NCBI GenBank assembly: GCA_951406725.2
Contig: OX597814.1
Location: forward strand, 174,282,001 to 174,346,000
Direction of reading: 5' to 3'
Source of the DNA: Octopus vulgaris
Lineage: Eukaryota
DNA length: 64,000 nt
The position numbers were made by a program, and so were the translations under genes. Positions 50,865 to 64,000 of the stretch are shown here, in pieces (within the stretch, counting starts at the first letter, position 1; each line of letters begins with the position of its first letter). The notes beneath the pieces were generated by a model, which saw only the letters and a list, made by a program, of their open reading frames with translations, did not search any database and was not told where the DNA came from.

Positions 50865-51507
50865 TATATAAATTATCTCTCACCATAGCTTTTGCATAGC
50901 CTTTGGGTGATGTTTAAAGTGGTTTAAAGGTATTATTTCCTGCAAATTGTCTTTCATCAGTAATGTTTCGTAAATATCAAGTGTAATACCAGCTTGTGAA
51001 CAGCAGTTCTCTGATTTAGAAAAAGTAAAATTTGTTAAAAGTTGTATTGATTTCAGTGCACTATTAAAACTTATTCTGTTTGATAGTTAAGTTGTCTGAC
51101 CTCTACCTTCAAATCAAATTTGGTTTAAAGTTTTACTATACATTACATGTGAAGAGCACTATGACAAAAATAATGTTTCTGTATGTTTACAAAGACAACT
51201 GCGCAGATGATTAATATATCTAATAAAGTAAAACAAAATGAGAAACAAGAACAATTTCATGAAAAACCAACTGTTCTTCTCTCCTCTCCTCTTATCTATG
51301 CAAATGCTTCAAACTGTATCTTTGATTATTAGGTAAACTATTTCATAGTAAATGCTTGCCTCAACATAATTAATAGATAATTTCTGTTTCTAACATAGTG
51401 CCACCTCTTTGGGTTTTGTTTCGCTAGGAATTGTGTACAAACAAGCCCAAGCTCATTAAAAAATCTGTTAAAATATAACAAACAGCATGTGTCAGCTTAT
51501 AGTTATG

Positions 51508-51607
51508 AGTGTGTGTGTGTGTGCGTATGTGTGTGTGTTTGTATGTGTGTGTGTGTATATATGTATGTGTATATATATATGTGTATATATGTATGTGTGT
51601 GTGTATG

Positions 51608-51656
<49 letters not shown>

Positions 51657-51665
51657 GTATGTGTG

Positions 51666-51701
<36 letters not shown>

Positions 51702-51950
51702 TGCACATACATATATATACACATTGGCCTGCTCGCTTAGCCAGCGGGTTGGTATCATTCGAAGGCTAAAACAATGCAAACGCATTGTGACCAGCGATGT
51801 GTAACAACATCTGATGGTCTGGTCGGTCACGTGATATATACATATATATACACATACATAAATACACGCAAATGTGTATATATGTATGTGTATATATGTG
51901 TGTGTGTGTGTATATATATATACACATACATAAATACACACACATGTGTG

Positions 51951-51981
<31 letters not shown>

Positions 51982-52013
51982 ATATGTATATATGTGTGTG
52001 TGTGTATGTATAT
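51508..52013. repeat. Compound (TG/TA/CA)n microsatellite field enclosing a 110-bp unique CpG-rich insert
   Basis: Directly visible; the insert lies at 51724-51835. Confidence 0.9.
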
Positions 52014-55000
52014 GAGTGTCACTCGTAGATTTGGAAAGCTGTTTGACCATAGCAACTATCAACTTCAGGCTGTTGCTAGTAGAGTCAGTTATTGATTTGT
52101 TGAGATGGGCAACTATTGACTTGCTTCATGATAATATTCATTAGCCTCAACAATTTTATATCCTATTATGCTAAACACAAGTAAAATGCAAGACAGAACA
52201 GGTACATATGAGAGAAAGAGAGAGATACGGAGAGAGAGGGCAAATAAAAGTGAGGATGGTTGATGACTTGATTATTCTCACAATTTAGAATGGTGGGGCA
52301 TAATCATTCTAAATGACAAATAATTTTACCTTATTGTTGTTTTTTCTGATATATACAACTATTTAAATAGATATTAAAAATGAAAATTGTGAAAATAAAG
52401 ATTTTTTTTGTATTAAAAAATGTTTAAGAATTTTCTTATCTTTTCACAAGGTACCTTAACTATATCAGAGTCAATGCAGGAGCCTTTATATGTTTATAGA
52501 GTCTGCTAGAAATAGTAGGCAAATCTCCCACAATTCTTATTGCCATCTTTGAAAAATGGAAAAGGACAAATTCTACTTGTTTTATGTTAACTTTCTTGGG
52601 ACACCCAGGCCAATTGATCGGCTCAAGTGATACAAGATGAAAGGATTTTGAGGCCAACCATCAGCCCAATGGAACAAATGTTGTGAACAGTTGGTCTTGA
52701 AGTGTAATAGCTAATCAGAGATCATCTTTCAGTAGATGTATCTCAGTAGAAAATAATTTTGGTCTTTTTGGCTACACATACCAAAACACCATGTGTCTGA
52801 AAAAGGTTAAAAACTGACCAAATCCAATGTCATTCTAAAACTAAGCAATCATATCATTGAAATCTCAAAGCATGGTTAATTCCGTAATTATGTGAATAAA
52901 TAAGCATTACATTTGACGGATAATTTGAATGCTAAAGAGTTAAAGTAGGCTGGGTGCCTGCAAATGACAAATGGCTACAAGTGGAAAACAAAACTGGATT
53001 GTAGACTATTTGTATTGTAGTTATTTCTATTTAATAGCAGCTGCTTATATTACTGGCAGTATCTAACTATTCAGTAATCCATAGAATGAATCAAGCCTAC
53101 TATTACAAGAGGCAAAAGACCAGCTCTACAACACCCCTACTGTTGTTATATGCATGTGCATCTTTCACTGGTACGTATTAACGAAACAATACATCTAAGA
53201 GAAAATTGATAATCTTGTGTATTCAAACAAAAGTACTTTTTGGTATGTACTCTGCCTCAGGTACATACGTAGACCCTCAATTTTCACTGATGCTACTAGT
53301 AATGCAGTGAATCAATGATTGGTTCCCTTGAAACCTGTGACCAATAATGTTGTTTACAAAAGGCATCAAATAATTTTAGAATTATACAATGGCTAGGAGA
53401 CAGTCCAGTCATTCTAACAATTCACCTATCTGTAATTTTCTACATAAAACACTGCTTTAAGCAATTCATGCTACTCATTGAAGAAATATATGAAAGATAC
53501 TGGTATAAAAAATATCCTTGTTAAATAATATTCTTTAATGTTTCTGGTAAGTTGAAGTTGGTAGACTAGAATTATGGATGTAATTATTGGTTCTGCAGTA
53601 TATCTGACATAATAGCTATTGATTTATATATTTGAAATATATTGAAATAATTTCTTCAACTAGTCTTGAATTTTAAGCAGTTTCATACATAAAGTTGGTG
53701 TCCTTGTCACTAAGAAACATATGTGGCTTTTTTTATTTGTAAGATAATCTGTTGATAGAATAAAGATTGCTGTTGGTGAAAAGGTTGATGGCTTGTATCA
53801 AGTCACTACAACTATTTTGACAAATAGTCAAAGCAATTAACTCTCAAATGGCCCAGACAAAACAGCTGCAAATAAGTGCCATGCATAGGCAGTGAGAAAG
53901 TACTGCTGTAAGCTGTGGTGATTAGTTTATGAGTGTTCCAGTGTGGCGTTCAAATGCAATATCTTCTCTCTTGTCCAAATATTCCTGTGGATTATGCCAC
54001 TCACATATTAAAGAATAGCTTCAGTTTTCCAAACTATTATCCTAATCTGGTGTGCTGTTGCCTGCACTACATTTCAGTTAGCAATGCTTCAGTTGTTCTT
54101 TGCTGCTAATACACCATAGAATAGTGGTACATAGAATAGTATACCAATTAAAATATAGTAAGATAAAAACAAAGTAGATAAGATTATTCTGAAAATCTAA
54201 ATTACATTATCAAGAATAGTTTATCTAAATATTAATGTTGTTTTTTTTTGTTTTTTTTGTTGTTTTTTTACTTCAACATAGTGGCATTAGATAATTGAAT
54301 CAAGATAAGTGAACATTGGTAACATTTAGTCTCAGATTACAGAGTGCTCAACCTTCTCTATTATTTATAACTCTCTATAATCTTAACCACTACAAATAAT
54401 GTAAAGTAAGACTTTATTTCTTCATTAATATTATTACATATTTGTTATCTAGAATGCTAGGCTTTGTAGGTTTTACTTCCATCCATCTTCCTTTGGAGTT
54501 AAAATTTCTACAAAGCTTAATATTTCATTCCAATATTGTATTCAGTTCAATTCAATTGATTATAAAACTCTGTTCTTCAACAGATTTGTGGCTTTAAATT
54601 AATAATCATTATTACTATTTTAAAATTATGATTCTTATTGTACTTTTCATAGAATTTTTAACAATCCTGATCTTCAGTGTGACCCCAGAGTAGAGTTATT
54701 GTCACTTGTCCAAAAGTGAACACCCTTTTCTTGTCAGTATAGCTCACAACCCAAATGTAAGGATGCTAATGGTTGTGGTGATGATTATAAACTGTTCCTC
54801 GTTTTTATTTTGTTTATTTTCTTATGAAATAATTATGACAGTGTGGTAAATTTATTTCATTTGTGGTTCTGCAGTTTTCAGTTTTATTATTACTACTAAA
54901 ATCTTTAGTCTGACAGTCTCTCCCTTGCTTTCTCTTTTTGTATTACTTGGCTCTGAAATCACAGATTGAGATAAATTTTCTCATCACAGTTTGACTATTT

Positions 55001-56437
55001 TCCACCTATTTTCAGTTGCCGCCCTGTGTAAGAGAACAAGAAGCTATATCCTAGGCTTTTTGCCAAAAACTGAATAATCTTGCACTTCTACCTCATAGAA
55101 GCCTTTACTAAGTTCACTACTACTTTCTGTAAAGTCATTACATCAAAATAATTTAATACAATTTTCCTCTGTGTGTGTGAATGCGTGTGTGTGTGTGTGT
55201 GCGTGTGTGTGTGTGTGTGTGTTTGTGGTAAAAATCTCTTTATGTTTAGTTATGGCAGACATTTTGTTCCTCTTTAGTAACAATCTATTACTGGGGATAA
55301 TTTTCTAATTATTCCTTTTTTTTTAATACTCTGACATTAGCTTGTGATCTAGTAATCTGATCTCCCTGTTTGAAGTTCACTTTGTTATACATCATATGTG
55401 CATAAACTTATATTTCTATATATGTCTGTTGTAGGAAGATGGAGACTTGCTAGCCATTGAATCATCTCTTTTAGCTAATTAACTTGTATTTCAGTTGCAT
55501 TAAGTATGTTAGAGCAAAAGTTCAGTATTTTCTACTCTCCTCTTTTTATTTTTAGCATTAGGTTGGTTTTTTTTCTCTTTTATATTTTTTTATTAGTTTG
55601 ATACTCTGATATTTTAATATAAGGTAATGCTGAATAAGTTTCCAATAACACATGTTTCTGTTAGTATGTATTCTAAAACTGTAACTTAAAATATATCATT
55701 TCATAAATAATTTACTTTGTTATCAATAGTGAGAATCTCTACAAGTGTTAGTAGTTAATTTATTAAGTGGCTATTTTTGACCCCCGCCCAATCTGTTGTC
55801 GAAGAAATTCAAGCTTAAATAGCAGGAGTTAAGTTTGTTTTCTTTTTTTTGAGAGTATTCTTTTACTGTATATGTCAATGTTACAAAAGTAATTGAACTC
55901 TCTGATAGATATTTTAAGTACTGCCTAAAATTTATTTTAAACTTGACCATGAATAAAAGAATGCATTTGGTGGTATTGGTAGGGGTCGTCATAAATTGAC
56001 TAGAAAGTGGTATTGTTTAATGAATAGGAAAAAAACTAGCCATACAATAAATAGTAGTGTTTGGTTTATGCAGTGAGAGGATGCACAAAATGTACAATGG
56101 CATTTCAAGCAGACAGATGATGCATCTATAATATCAGTGTGTTAAATGATCTGACACATCTGAAAGGTCACTTTCTTCCATAAACAAAATTTAAAATCTG
56201 CATCATGTGGAATTATTTAAAGTTGATACTTCTACTTGGTACCAATAACGCTGTTCTCGCTAAGCTGTGTGCATGTGCATGCATGCATGTGTGCATGTAT
56301 ATGTGATGTTTGTGTGTCTATGTGAATACACACACAATTTTGCAGTCAGCACACAATTGTTTTTATGTGCACAATAAATTAATGTGCACCAAAAATGTTA
56401 GTTGCTTAAAATAATATGGTAATTAATAATTATATAT

Positions 56438-56680
56438 ATCATCATCATCATCATTTAGCGTCCGCTTTCCATGCTAGCATGGGTTGGACGGGTCAACTGG
56501 GGTCTGTGAAGCTGGAAGGCTTCGTCAGGCCCAGTCAGATCTGGCAGTGTTTCTGCGGCTGGATGCCCTTCCTAACGCCAACCACTCCGCGAGTGTAGTG
56601 GGTGTTTTTTACGTGCCACCTGCACAGGTGCCAGACAGAGCTGGCGAACGGCCACGAACGGATGGTGCTTTTACGTGTCA
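56438..56680 (-). mobile_element. Young RTE-type 3' tail
   Basis: (cat)n-ttagcgtccgctttccatgctagcatgggttggacgg...ggatgcccttcctaacgccaacc; CpGs intact. Confidence 0.87.
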
Positions 56681-57129
56681 TATTATATCGTGCTTGTATA
56701 CTTTTGCCATTGGGAGAAAAATTGCGTAACCTAAGATTTTTGCATCTAATTGCTGCTAAAAATTCGAGAGACATTGGCCAATAGTATGTTCAAGACCAAG
56801 GGATACTCTACATACTAGGGTTTTGTGTATTTTGATTACATTTTATATTTTTTTATACTTTTATTTTCGATGCCTTTTTTTCCATAATAGATCTGCATAA
56901 ACCTCTGTTGTTTTTCTAATTTGTCCTTGTAATGTCTATAATATCAGCATGTTAAATGATCTGACATAACTGAAAGGTCACTCTATTCTACACACCAAAT
57001 TTAAAATCTGTACTATGATGAATTATTTAAAGCTGATATTTCTATTCAGTGCTTGTAGCACCATTTCTTTCATCTATTATTACCCTTGAGGCAAATAAAA
57101 GGAATCATTTATCATTTACTATTATTATC

Positions 57130-57960
57130 ATGACTATTATTATTGAGTTAAGAGTACATAAACTCTACTGGAACCATTCTGCAGCTTCAAAGTAGATTTG
57201 GTTGTAAGATTCTTTTTTTTTTCAACTATCTAGATAGGGCACTTCAAAGAGCTCTCTTTTCTTAACTTCACTTCTGGAAGGTCTCCCATGTAATATTTTT
57301 TCCATCCTCTGCTTCACAACTTTTAGTATTCCTATAATCTCTGGGACTATTCTTGTAACCCTATTCCACATTCTTGCTGTTTCAGTCCCAAGTCTTTACA
57401 TTTGGTGAGATTTTCATCTTAATAAATATGTCTTGTCATTTGAGCAAGACACAATAATTGGTATACAAAACCTGGATCTATTTTATAGTGATATTCAGTT
57501 GGTTCTTATATCCTTGTTTGTATATATTGCATAGTCCAGGGAATCACAGTATTTTTATTTTTTACCATTCCTGTCATGTTTTCTGATATATTCTAACACA
57601 CAGTCAGTGTGTAGCATCCAGTTAGCATCTCAATGGTCCCTTCAAACTTTGGTATGTTTCAAAATATCTCTGGTAATAATCTCAGGAGACATTGGTCCTC
57701 AGCTGCGATAACCAGGCCTTCAGTTTCCCTTTTCAACAGTGATCCTGGGAGCTATTTTGAGAATCCTCCATTTAGAGGTTTCAGTTCTGATGTTGTATTT
57801 ACATTCTTAATTACTCTTTGTTTTATTTCATTAGCTTTGTTTTATCTGTCCTTTCTGCAGTGTATATGTGTGTCATGCAAAGGAATGTGGGTGGAGTACT
57901 TATTTACTTATTTCTGCCAAATATTTATGTTTCTTTACATTTATCTTTTTTGTTAGTGTA
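57130..57960 (-). mobile_element. Degenerate R4/Dong-like (restriction-like endonuclease) LINE 3' fragment
   Basis: Minus strand KRETEGLVIAAEDQCL resembles the ETEGxxxAAQDQ motif, followed by DYAIYTNKDIRTN resembling WDxxIxTDxxIxANRPD; (AAT)-like tail near 57120-57145. Confidence 0.6.
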
Positions 57961-58009
57961 GTTGTGTCTTTTTTTCCTTTTCTGGAGGAGGGGTGTCTAG
58001 TGCAATTTA

Positions 58010-58850
58010 CCAGTAGTTGTTGCTGCTGCAGTGAACTGGTAAAATTGTTAGCACACAGTGACATTCCGTCTGGCTTTATGTTCTGAGTTCAAATTCTGCC
58101 AAGATCATCTTTGTCTTTCATTCTTTCAGGGTTGATGAAATAAGTATCAGTTATGCACTGGGGTTGCGCAATCAGCAAGCCCTCTCTCCCAAAACTGCTG
58201 GCCTTGTGCCAAAATTTGAAGCCATTATTATTATCATTATTATTATTAAGACTGCAAACTAACAGAATTGTTACCATGCTTAGCAGCATTTCTTCTGACT
58301 TCTAAGTTCAAATTCTACTGAACTCGACTTTGCCTTTCATCCTTTCAGAGTCAATAAAATAAAGTACCTGTCCTTGTGGTCAGTGGTATTGACTAAACCC
58401 TCCCTTCAGAATTTCTGGCTTTGTGTCTAAATTAGAAACAAAATATGTTTGGGTGGTGGATTGGCAAAATCATTCGAACATTGGTTAAAATGCCTTTACC
58501 TTCCGAGTTCAAATCCTATTAAGGTCAACTTTGTCTTTTATCCTTCTGGGATTGATAAAACAAAGTACAGTACCAGTCAAATACTGGGGTAGATTTAATC
58601 AACTTATTCTCCTTCCTCAAAATTTCTGGTCTTGTGCTTCTATTAGATATCATCATCATTGTCATCATTAACAGAATCATTAGAGAATCAAAGAAAATGT
58701 GTTGCTGTATTTAATCATAACTCTTTACATTCTGAGTTCAAAGCCCATCTTCGTAGCATCAGTAAAATGAAGTATAGTCAAGTATTGGAGTTGATGTAAT
58801 CAACCCCTACCCCCAAATTACTGGCCTTGTGCCTAAATTTGAAACAATCA
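58010..58850 (+). mobile_element. Four head-to-tail SINE family B copies
   Basis: Units at about 58010-58225, 58250-58440, 58450-58650 and 58670-58850, each with gttcaaa B-box-like motif and a tgg.cttgtg tail, separated by short att/cat tracts. Confidence 0.8.
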
Positions 58851-59254
58851 CATCACTACTACTACTACTGTTACCAACCTGTGTGTTTCCCCCCCCCCCG
58901 GTATCTCAAGAACTACTTTGTCCACTATCTGAGGGAGATTTGCTGCTAACAGGTTGAGCAACTACATAGAGGCTCCTCCTTCATCAACTAAATGGATATT
59001 GTTCTTCTTTAGCTCCAGTTCAGCTCTGATTGAGCAAACCTATGATCAAAGGCATTCCAGTCATAACCATACTGTCTTTTAGAGGACTGCATTGCTCAGT
59101 GTATCCTTACTATTTCTAACAGGTCAACTCCCACATAGAGGCACTTGTATCTTGTAGGGGTTTTAGTGTGCTAAGGAGTGAAAGTTTGCTAACTAATCTC
59201 ACTGTCTTTCGAAAATATTTGTGACTAATGTTAACTATCAATTTGTCTTTTCAG

Positions 59255-59328
59255 AAACTGTACAGATGTCTTCTGCTGTATACTGTTTGTCATATGTGTT
59301 GCTTCCATGATTGGGGTGTCAGTTTTTG
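59255..59328 (+). CDS. SLC44A2: Choline transporter-like protein (SLC44), 74-nt coding exon, first transmembrane helix
   Basis: ttgtcttttcag acceptor and G|gtaagt donor; encodes (R)NCTDVFCCILFVICVASMIGVSVF(G), with the CTL hallmark RxCTDxxCC; phases 2 and 1 match both neighbours. Confidence 0.95.
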
Positions 59329-60321
59329 GTAAGTATCTTAAACCAAAATTTATTATTTTTACTTCTGTGATTAACAGTTCTGTTAAATGAAAGCCTTGAT
59401 TCCCGCCATGTATCATGCAAAGATTATTATTTTCAATGCTGACTGCTGCATCTAAAGCAAATATAAAAACCCACACTGATTTTTTTTTTTTACTTCTATT
59501 AAAAACATTATTTTGTGTGTCTGTGTATGTATAGGTATGTTTGTTTTTTCTAATTTGATTTTTTTACATTCTTATGCTTTTGCTGGTTTCAGTCATTGGA
59601 ATATGACCATACTGGGGCACTGTCTTAAAGGGTGTAGTTGATTATATCACCACAAGTATTTTGTCTGCTACTTATTTTTTCTACCTGAGAAAGATAACAA
59701 TGTTGACCTGAGCAGGGTTTGAACCCAGATTGTTAAAGATCATAACTAAAAACCAAAATGTATTTTGTCTAATGCCAGTTGATTCATTGATTCAGCCATC
59801 TAGAGTTCTATATCTAAATACATTCTTTTCTAACTTGGATTATATAAAATATGCTATACTATACTACAGAATATATTTATTGATATTTTTCTAGCTAGCA
59901 CTATGTGTCGGCTAATGTGGACAGAAAAAGAGAGAATCAGCAGCACTAATTTTAAGTCTGTGATTGAAACTTTTTTCTGTCCATGAAGATATTGTATGTT
60001 TTTTTTCTTTACATGCTGTTTACATCTGTTTTACAAACAGTGTTGGCTAAAAAAGATCTATAGATATATTCTGGAGTGCAGTGTAGCATTGAATCAAAAT
60101 GCTGTTTACACACCAAGAATTTATTAATTGATCTAAGCTTCTAAGAATGCATTATAAATGCAAATCAGTCTTTTCAATTTACTTAAGCCCATGGTAATAG
60201 TGAGCTTATAAATAGTGTCTCCATGGACAGTTAAAGACGCTGATGAAATCTTAACACAGGATTGGAACTAGTCTGGCTGATTCCTCTTTTTTCTTTCTTT
60301 ACTTTATCTAAAAAGAAAAAG

Positions 60322-60361
<40 letters not shown>

Positions 60362-60626
60362 GATGTATATATATATATATGATGTATATATATATATATG
60401 ATGTATATATGCATACAGGCAAGTTGTTTACATTTGCTTATTCATTTAGTGTTAGCTAAAGAAAACCATTAGACACATTCTGTAAACATTAAAACAAGAT
60501 ACTGTTAACACAGTATATATGTGTTAAATTGTTTTGGAATACTGAAATTTATAACTTATGCCCTTGGACTTAGTAATCAGGTACATATATTTAATAAGTA
60601 ATGTGCTTCCCTAAATTGTATTTTAG

Positions 60627-60705
60627 GTTTTATTCATGGAGATCCTCGCCGACTATTGTACCCCACTGACAGCAAAGGAAATATTTGCGGTTATGGAGAA
60701 TTCGT
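60627..60705 (+). CDS. SLC44A2: Choline transporter-like protein (SLC44), 79-nt coding exon
   Basis: attttag acceptor and GT|gtaagt donor; encodes (G)FIHGDPRRLLYPTDSKGNICGYGEF(V), with the CTL hallmark GDPxxxxYPTDSxGxxCG. The gene continues beyond the window. Confidence 0.95.
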
Positions 60706-60844
60706 GTAAGTAAATGTTATACTTATTTGATAATCACCTAAATTCTAAAAAGATATATTTGGGTGACTGTTATCTCTAAAAATATTAAAAGTGTAAATAT
60801 GTATATATAATTGTCATAGTTACAAAAATACACACAAACACATA

Positions 60845-62102
60845 CTGGGTCATCCCATAAATAATGCACTTTTTTTTATTCTTCTTTTATTTTACAAAAT
60901 TAAGATAAACAAAGTTCTTTTATAATCTAAAATATACTCTCCTTCATTTTCTACAATGCTCTTTCTTCCCTCTATCTTGTAGGCTTACAAGGCCCCTCTT
61001 CCAAAATTCACTTGTCCGTGACAAAAAAATACTCCTCCAGTACTGTTCTGACCTCATGTACAAAATTCATATTTTTTCTGTCCAAATGATTTTCAAGACT
61101 GCAGACTAAATCATAATCAGATGGGGCAATGTCTGGTGAATATGGTAGGTGGGGCATCGTTTCCCATTCAAACTGTTCCAGCACTTGGAATGTTGTCTTT
61201 GTTGTATGTGACTGAGCATTATCCTGATGGAAGAACATCTTTCATCTTGAAACCAAAGATGATCATTTTTCTTCTAGCACTGACTTAAGCTGCTTGCAGT
61301 AGATCTCTTTTGTTATCATTTGGTTTGGGTTTAAAAGTTCAAAGTAGACTAAACCTTTCGTATCCCACCAAACAGATAACAGCACCATATGTGGGTGAAG
61401 ACCTTCTTTAGCCTGGGGTGCTGATGTTTCTTCTTTCCCTACCCATTATCTTCGACATTTCTCATCACCAGTCACTATTCAGTCCAAAAAAGGTTCATTC
61501 GTGAGACGTGACAGCAAAGAAGAGCACACATTCACTCTCTGCACGTGATTAAACTCGGAAAGTTTGTGAGGAAGCCATTGACCCAATTTGCTGACTTTTC
61601 CGATGGCACGCAGTTGTCGATGAATGGTTGAATGACCAAATCCAAGCTTCTCTGCTAGTTCCTCAACAGTTACAATGGAATTTTGTTCCATCTGGGTTTG
61701 CAGGATGTCCTCAAGTTCTACAGATCTTCCAGGGTGAGGCTCCTCTACTAGGCTGTAGTTTCCAGTTTGGAATTTCTGGAACCACTGTTGACACTGGCTT
61801 ATGCTTATTGTTCAATCCCCATATACTACATTAATATTCCTTGCACTTTCCATTGCATTGTTGCCTTTATTGAACTCATAAAACAAAATATACCAAATAT
61901 TCTCCTTTGTCACTTCCATTATAACTTTGAAAAAATAACTGTTAAAATTGAACTGCACTCTTCAAAACATGCGCTAAGTATAAGGACAAGGTAAAATTAC
62001 TACCTGCTTTTACAACAAGTTGATGCAGGTAGTTTATCCTGTCCCTCTCCAACTTTTAGTTCATGCAATTGAAAAAACCGCATTATTTAGGGGATGACCC
62101 AA
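60845..62102 (-). mobile_element. Near full-length mariner (DD34D) transposon with a pseudogenised transposase (ATG at 61919 to about 60920)
   Basis: TA-flanked TIRs ctgggtcatcccataaataatgc / gcattatttaggggatgacccaa; motifs WLPHKL, IVTGDEK, HQDNA and YSPDIAPSDY with 34 residues between the catalytic D residues; several stops and frameshifts. Confidence 0.95.
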
Positions 62103-63514
62103 TACACCTAGTACCATAAATTCTAATTGTTTTTTATTGAATTTGGGAAGCACTTCTCCTTGAATCTTACAGAAAGGTCTTCAGTATGTGTAATGAATCA
62201 ATTTTGCAGGAGTTTTCTTCCTTGGAAAATTCTGTACTATTTCCATTTAACCTCTCTATAGTATAACTTAATTTTATTTTTAATTCTATTTGAAAGGAAT
62301 AGTTTTGTATTTTTGATTTGCAATTTCGTGACATAGACAGCATTTTAATATTCACTCTCTCTCTTTCTCGCGCACACAAGAAAGATAAATGTCCGAAACG
62401 TTAAATTCTTTCATTCTTCACACACTGAACCCTTCCATGAACTCTCCAAGTGTTGATACATGTTTATATTACTCTTTACTGCAGTATGAAATGTTCCTTT
62501 GCATTTGTTTCTTAACATATTCTTTGTATGTAAGCGACTTTGTGCCACGTGACAGGGGAAGTGTGCATGGGGTTTTAGATTTCTGTCAGGATATTTGTGA
62601 ATGAACAAATGTCATCTTGGAAGTGTTCAGGAAGCTTATATAATTATCTTGTCACATTACTTTTGTGTCAACATCAACTGCCAGAAATTCTATAATAATC
62701 TGCCACTGTTTGTGACCAACAACTATTAATAATTTCATTTCATTTTTTTTCTCTCTCTCTCTTCTATTTTATTTTAAGATACTGTTTTGTTATTGCTTTC
62801 TGTTTTTTAATATAATTACTTGTCAATAACCTTCACTATCAACCTTTCTCTAAACATTTGACACCTATCAAACAATATTTAAGGATTAACAGCTGCGATA
62901 ATAGTGGCGACAGTTTTGTTCTATGTTGATGACGGGAAGTACCTATGGTAGAAGCAGACTGAGGGAAATGTATACCAAGAAGTGAGATTTGATCTGAGAA
63001 TATCAAGGACCTTCACATATAACTAATATAGGGTCAAAATGGAAATATGCAGGGCTGCAGATACCCCTCTCTTTACCAGCAGAAGTGGATTATATTAATA
63101 TTAGTCAGTGTCAGAGTCTCAGTATGGTTGCCTGTTTTGCCAGAAGCAGCACTTAAACCCCCTCAAATCCCACCATTATCACATATTGAATAATTAGTTC
63201 TAGATATACAAAAAAAGATGGGTGGTCACAGTTGGAATGCCTTTGATCACATTCATTTGCTGGATTAAGGCTAATATACAGGATTAACAATAGCAACGAA
63301 TATATGTATGTCAAAGAAAAAGAATGATTTCTAATGTGGGCACCTGGTCTCACATTTGGTGGAAGTATATATTCAGTAATATTGATCCCAGAACAGACTG
63401 GTACTATTTTATCAATTCTGCAACAATGAAAAATGAAGAAGACTTAAAAGAGAACTTTAATTCTGAATGAATAATCATACTACAAAACTTGGCAGTCTTG
63501 GGTTAATCTAAAGC

Positions 63515-63605
63515 AAAGGTAAAAGACACTTACTCAATATGCTGCACAGTGGGATTGAACCAAGACCTTGGGATTGCAAAGTTAACTTTTTAACCATTCA
63601 GCTAT
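63515..63605 (-). mobile_element. SINE family A head fragment, degenerate
   Basis: aaaagacacttactcaatatgctgcacagtgggattgaacc; similar fragments at 14632-14720 (+) and 45480-45597 (-). Confidence 0.55.
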
Positions 63606-64000
63606 ATTGTATCCACAAGCGACAATTGAATCAAGATCTTAGTAATTTTTGTTTTGCTTTGCTTAGTTTAGTCTAGTATCTTGTTTATTCTAATTATTTG
63701 TTGATTACCTTAATTGATACTTTGACAGACACTTTAAAACTAAGATGTTTTAATATAATGAGTTTTGAATTAGCCTTTGATAATTAGAGCTTCTATTAAG
63801 ATGTAATTGATTTGTCAAATACATGGTTTTGACTCTACTGCTTTTCTTGTCCTCTCTCATTAAATTTAGTTTCAATTTTAAAACTCTGTTTCTTTACAGA
63901 GTTATTCTGGAAACCTACAAGATAGTCGAGACAAATTCAGGTGTTTTATTTCTGCCATGTAATCTTGATTTCTGATAAATATAGATAATTAGACAGGACA

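Noticed and set aside
51424-52062. Cluster of YI/HT/CV-rich ORFs (also at 33738-34308, 37724-37966 and 40037-40243)
   Set aside because: Translations of dinucleotide microsatellites and SINE bodies.
63899-63940. Possible next CTL exon after tttacag
   Set aside because: Translation (VILETYKIVETNS) lacks the expected KPxLxxFD-type CTL motif and the donor is weak.

Overview
AT-rich, repeat-dense eukaryotic (animal) genomic DNA. The SINE and RTE-tail families resemble those of coleoid cephalopods, probably Octopus (inference from repeat recognition, not a search). Most of the window is the 5' part of a + strand choline transporter-like gene (SLC44/CTL2-4-5 subgroup). Three short coding exons (36573-36621, 59255-59328, 60627-60705) splice in frame to GPPIAYDPTFRGPVKSRNCTDVFCCILFVICVASMIGVSVFGFIHGDPRRLLYPTDSKGNICGYGEFV. 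The ATG exon is not securely identified, and the rest of the gene lies beyond the window. A CpG-retaining, promoter-like zone lies at about 2.4-3.0 kb, after which the DNA is visibly CpG-depleted. The introns hold relics of Gypsy, Helitron, mariner (DD34D), maT (DD37D), piggyBac and hAT MITEs, CR1, RTE and R4/Dong-like LINEs, and many tRNA-derived SINEs. The most unusual object is a young, CpG-rich 4-kb insert (45626-49623): about 5.8 near-identical 489-bp units, a 20 x 18-bp C-rich VNTR, a C-rich linker and an RTE-type 3' tail ending in (GAT)n, an architecture reminiscent of SVA. Nearly all ORFs in the supplied track are spurious. Coordinates of old repeats are approximate.
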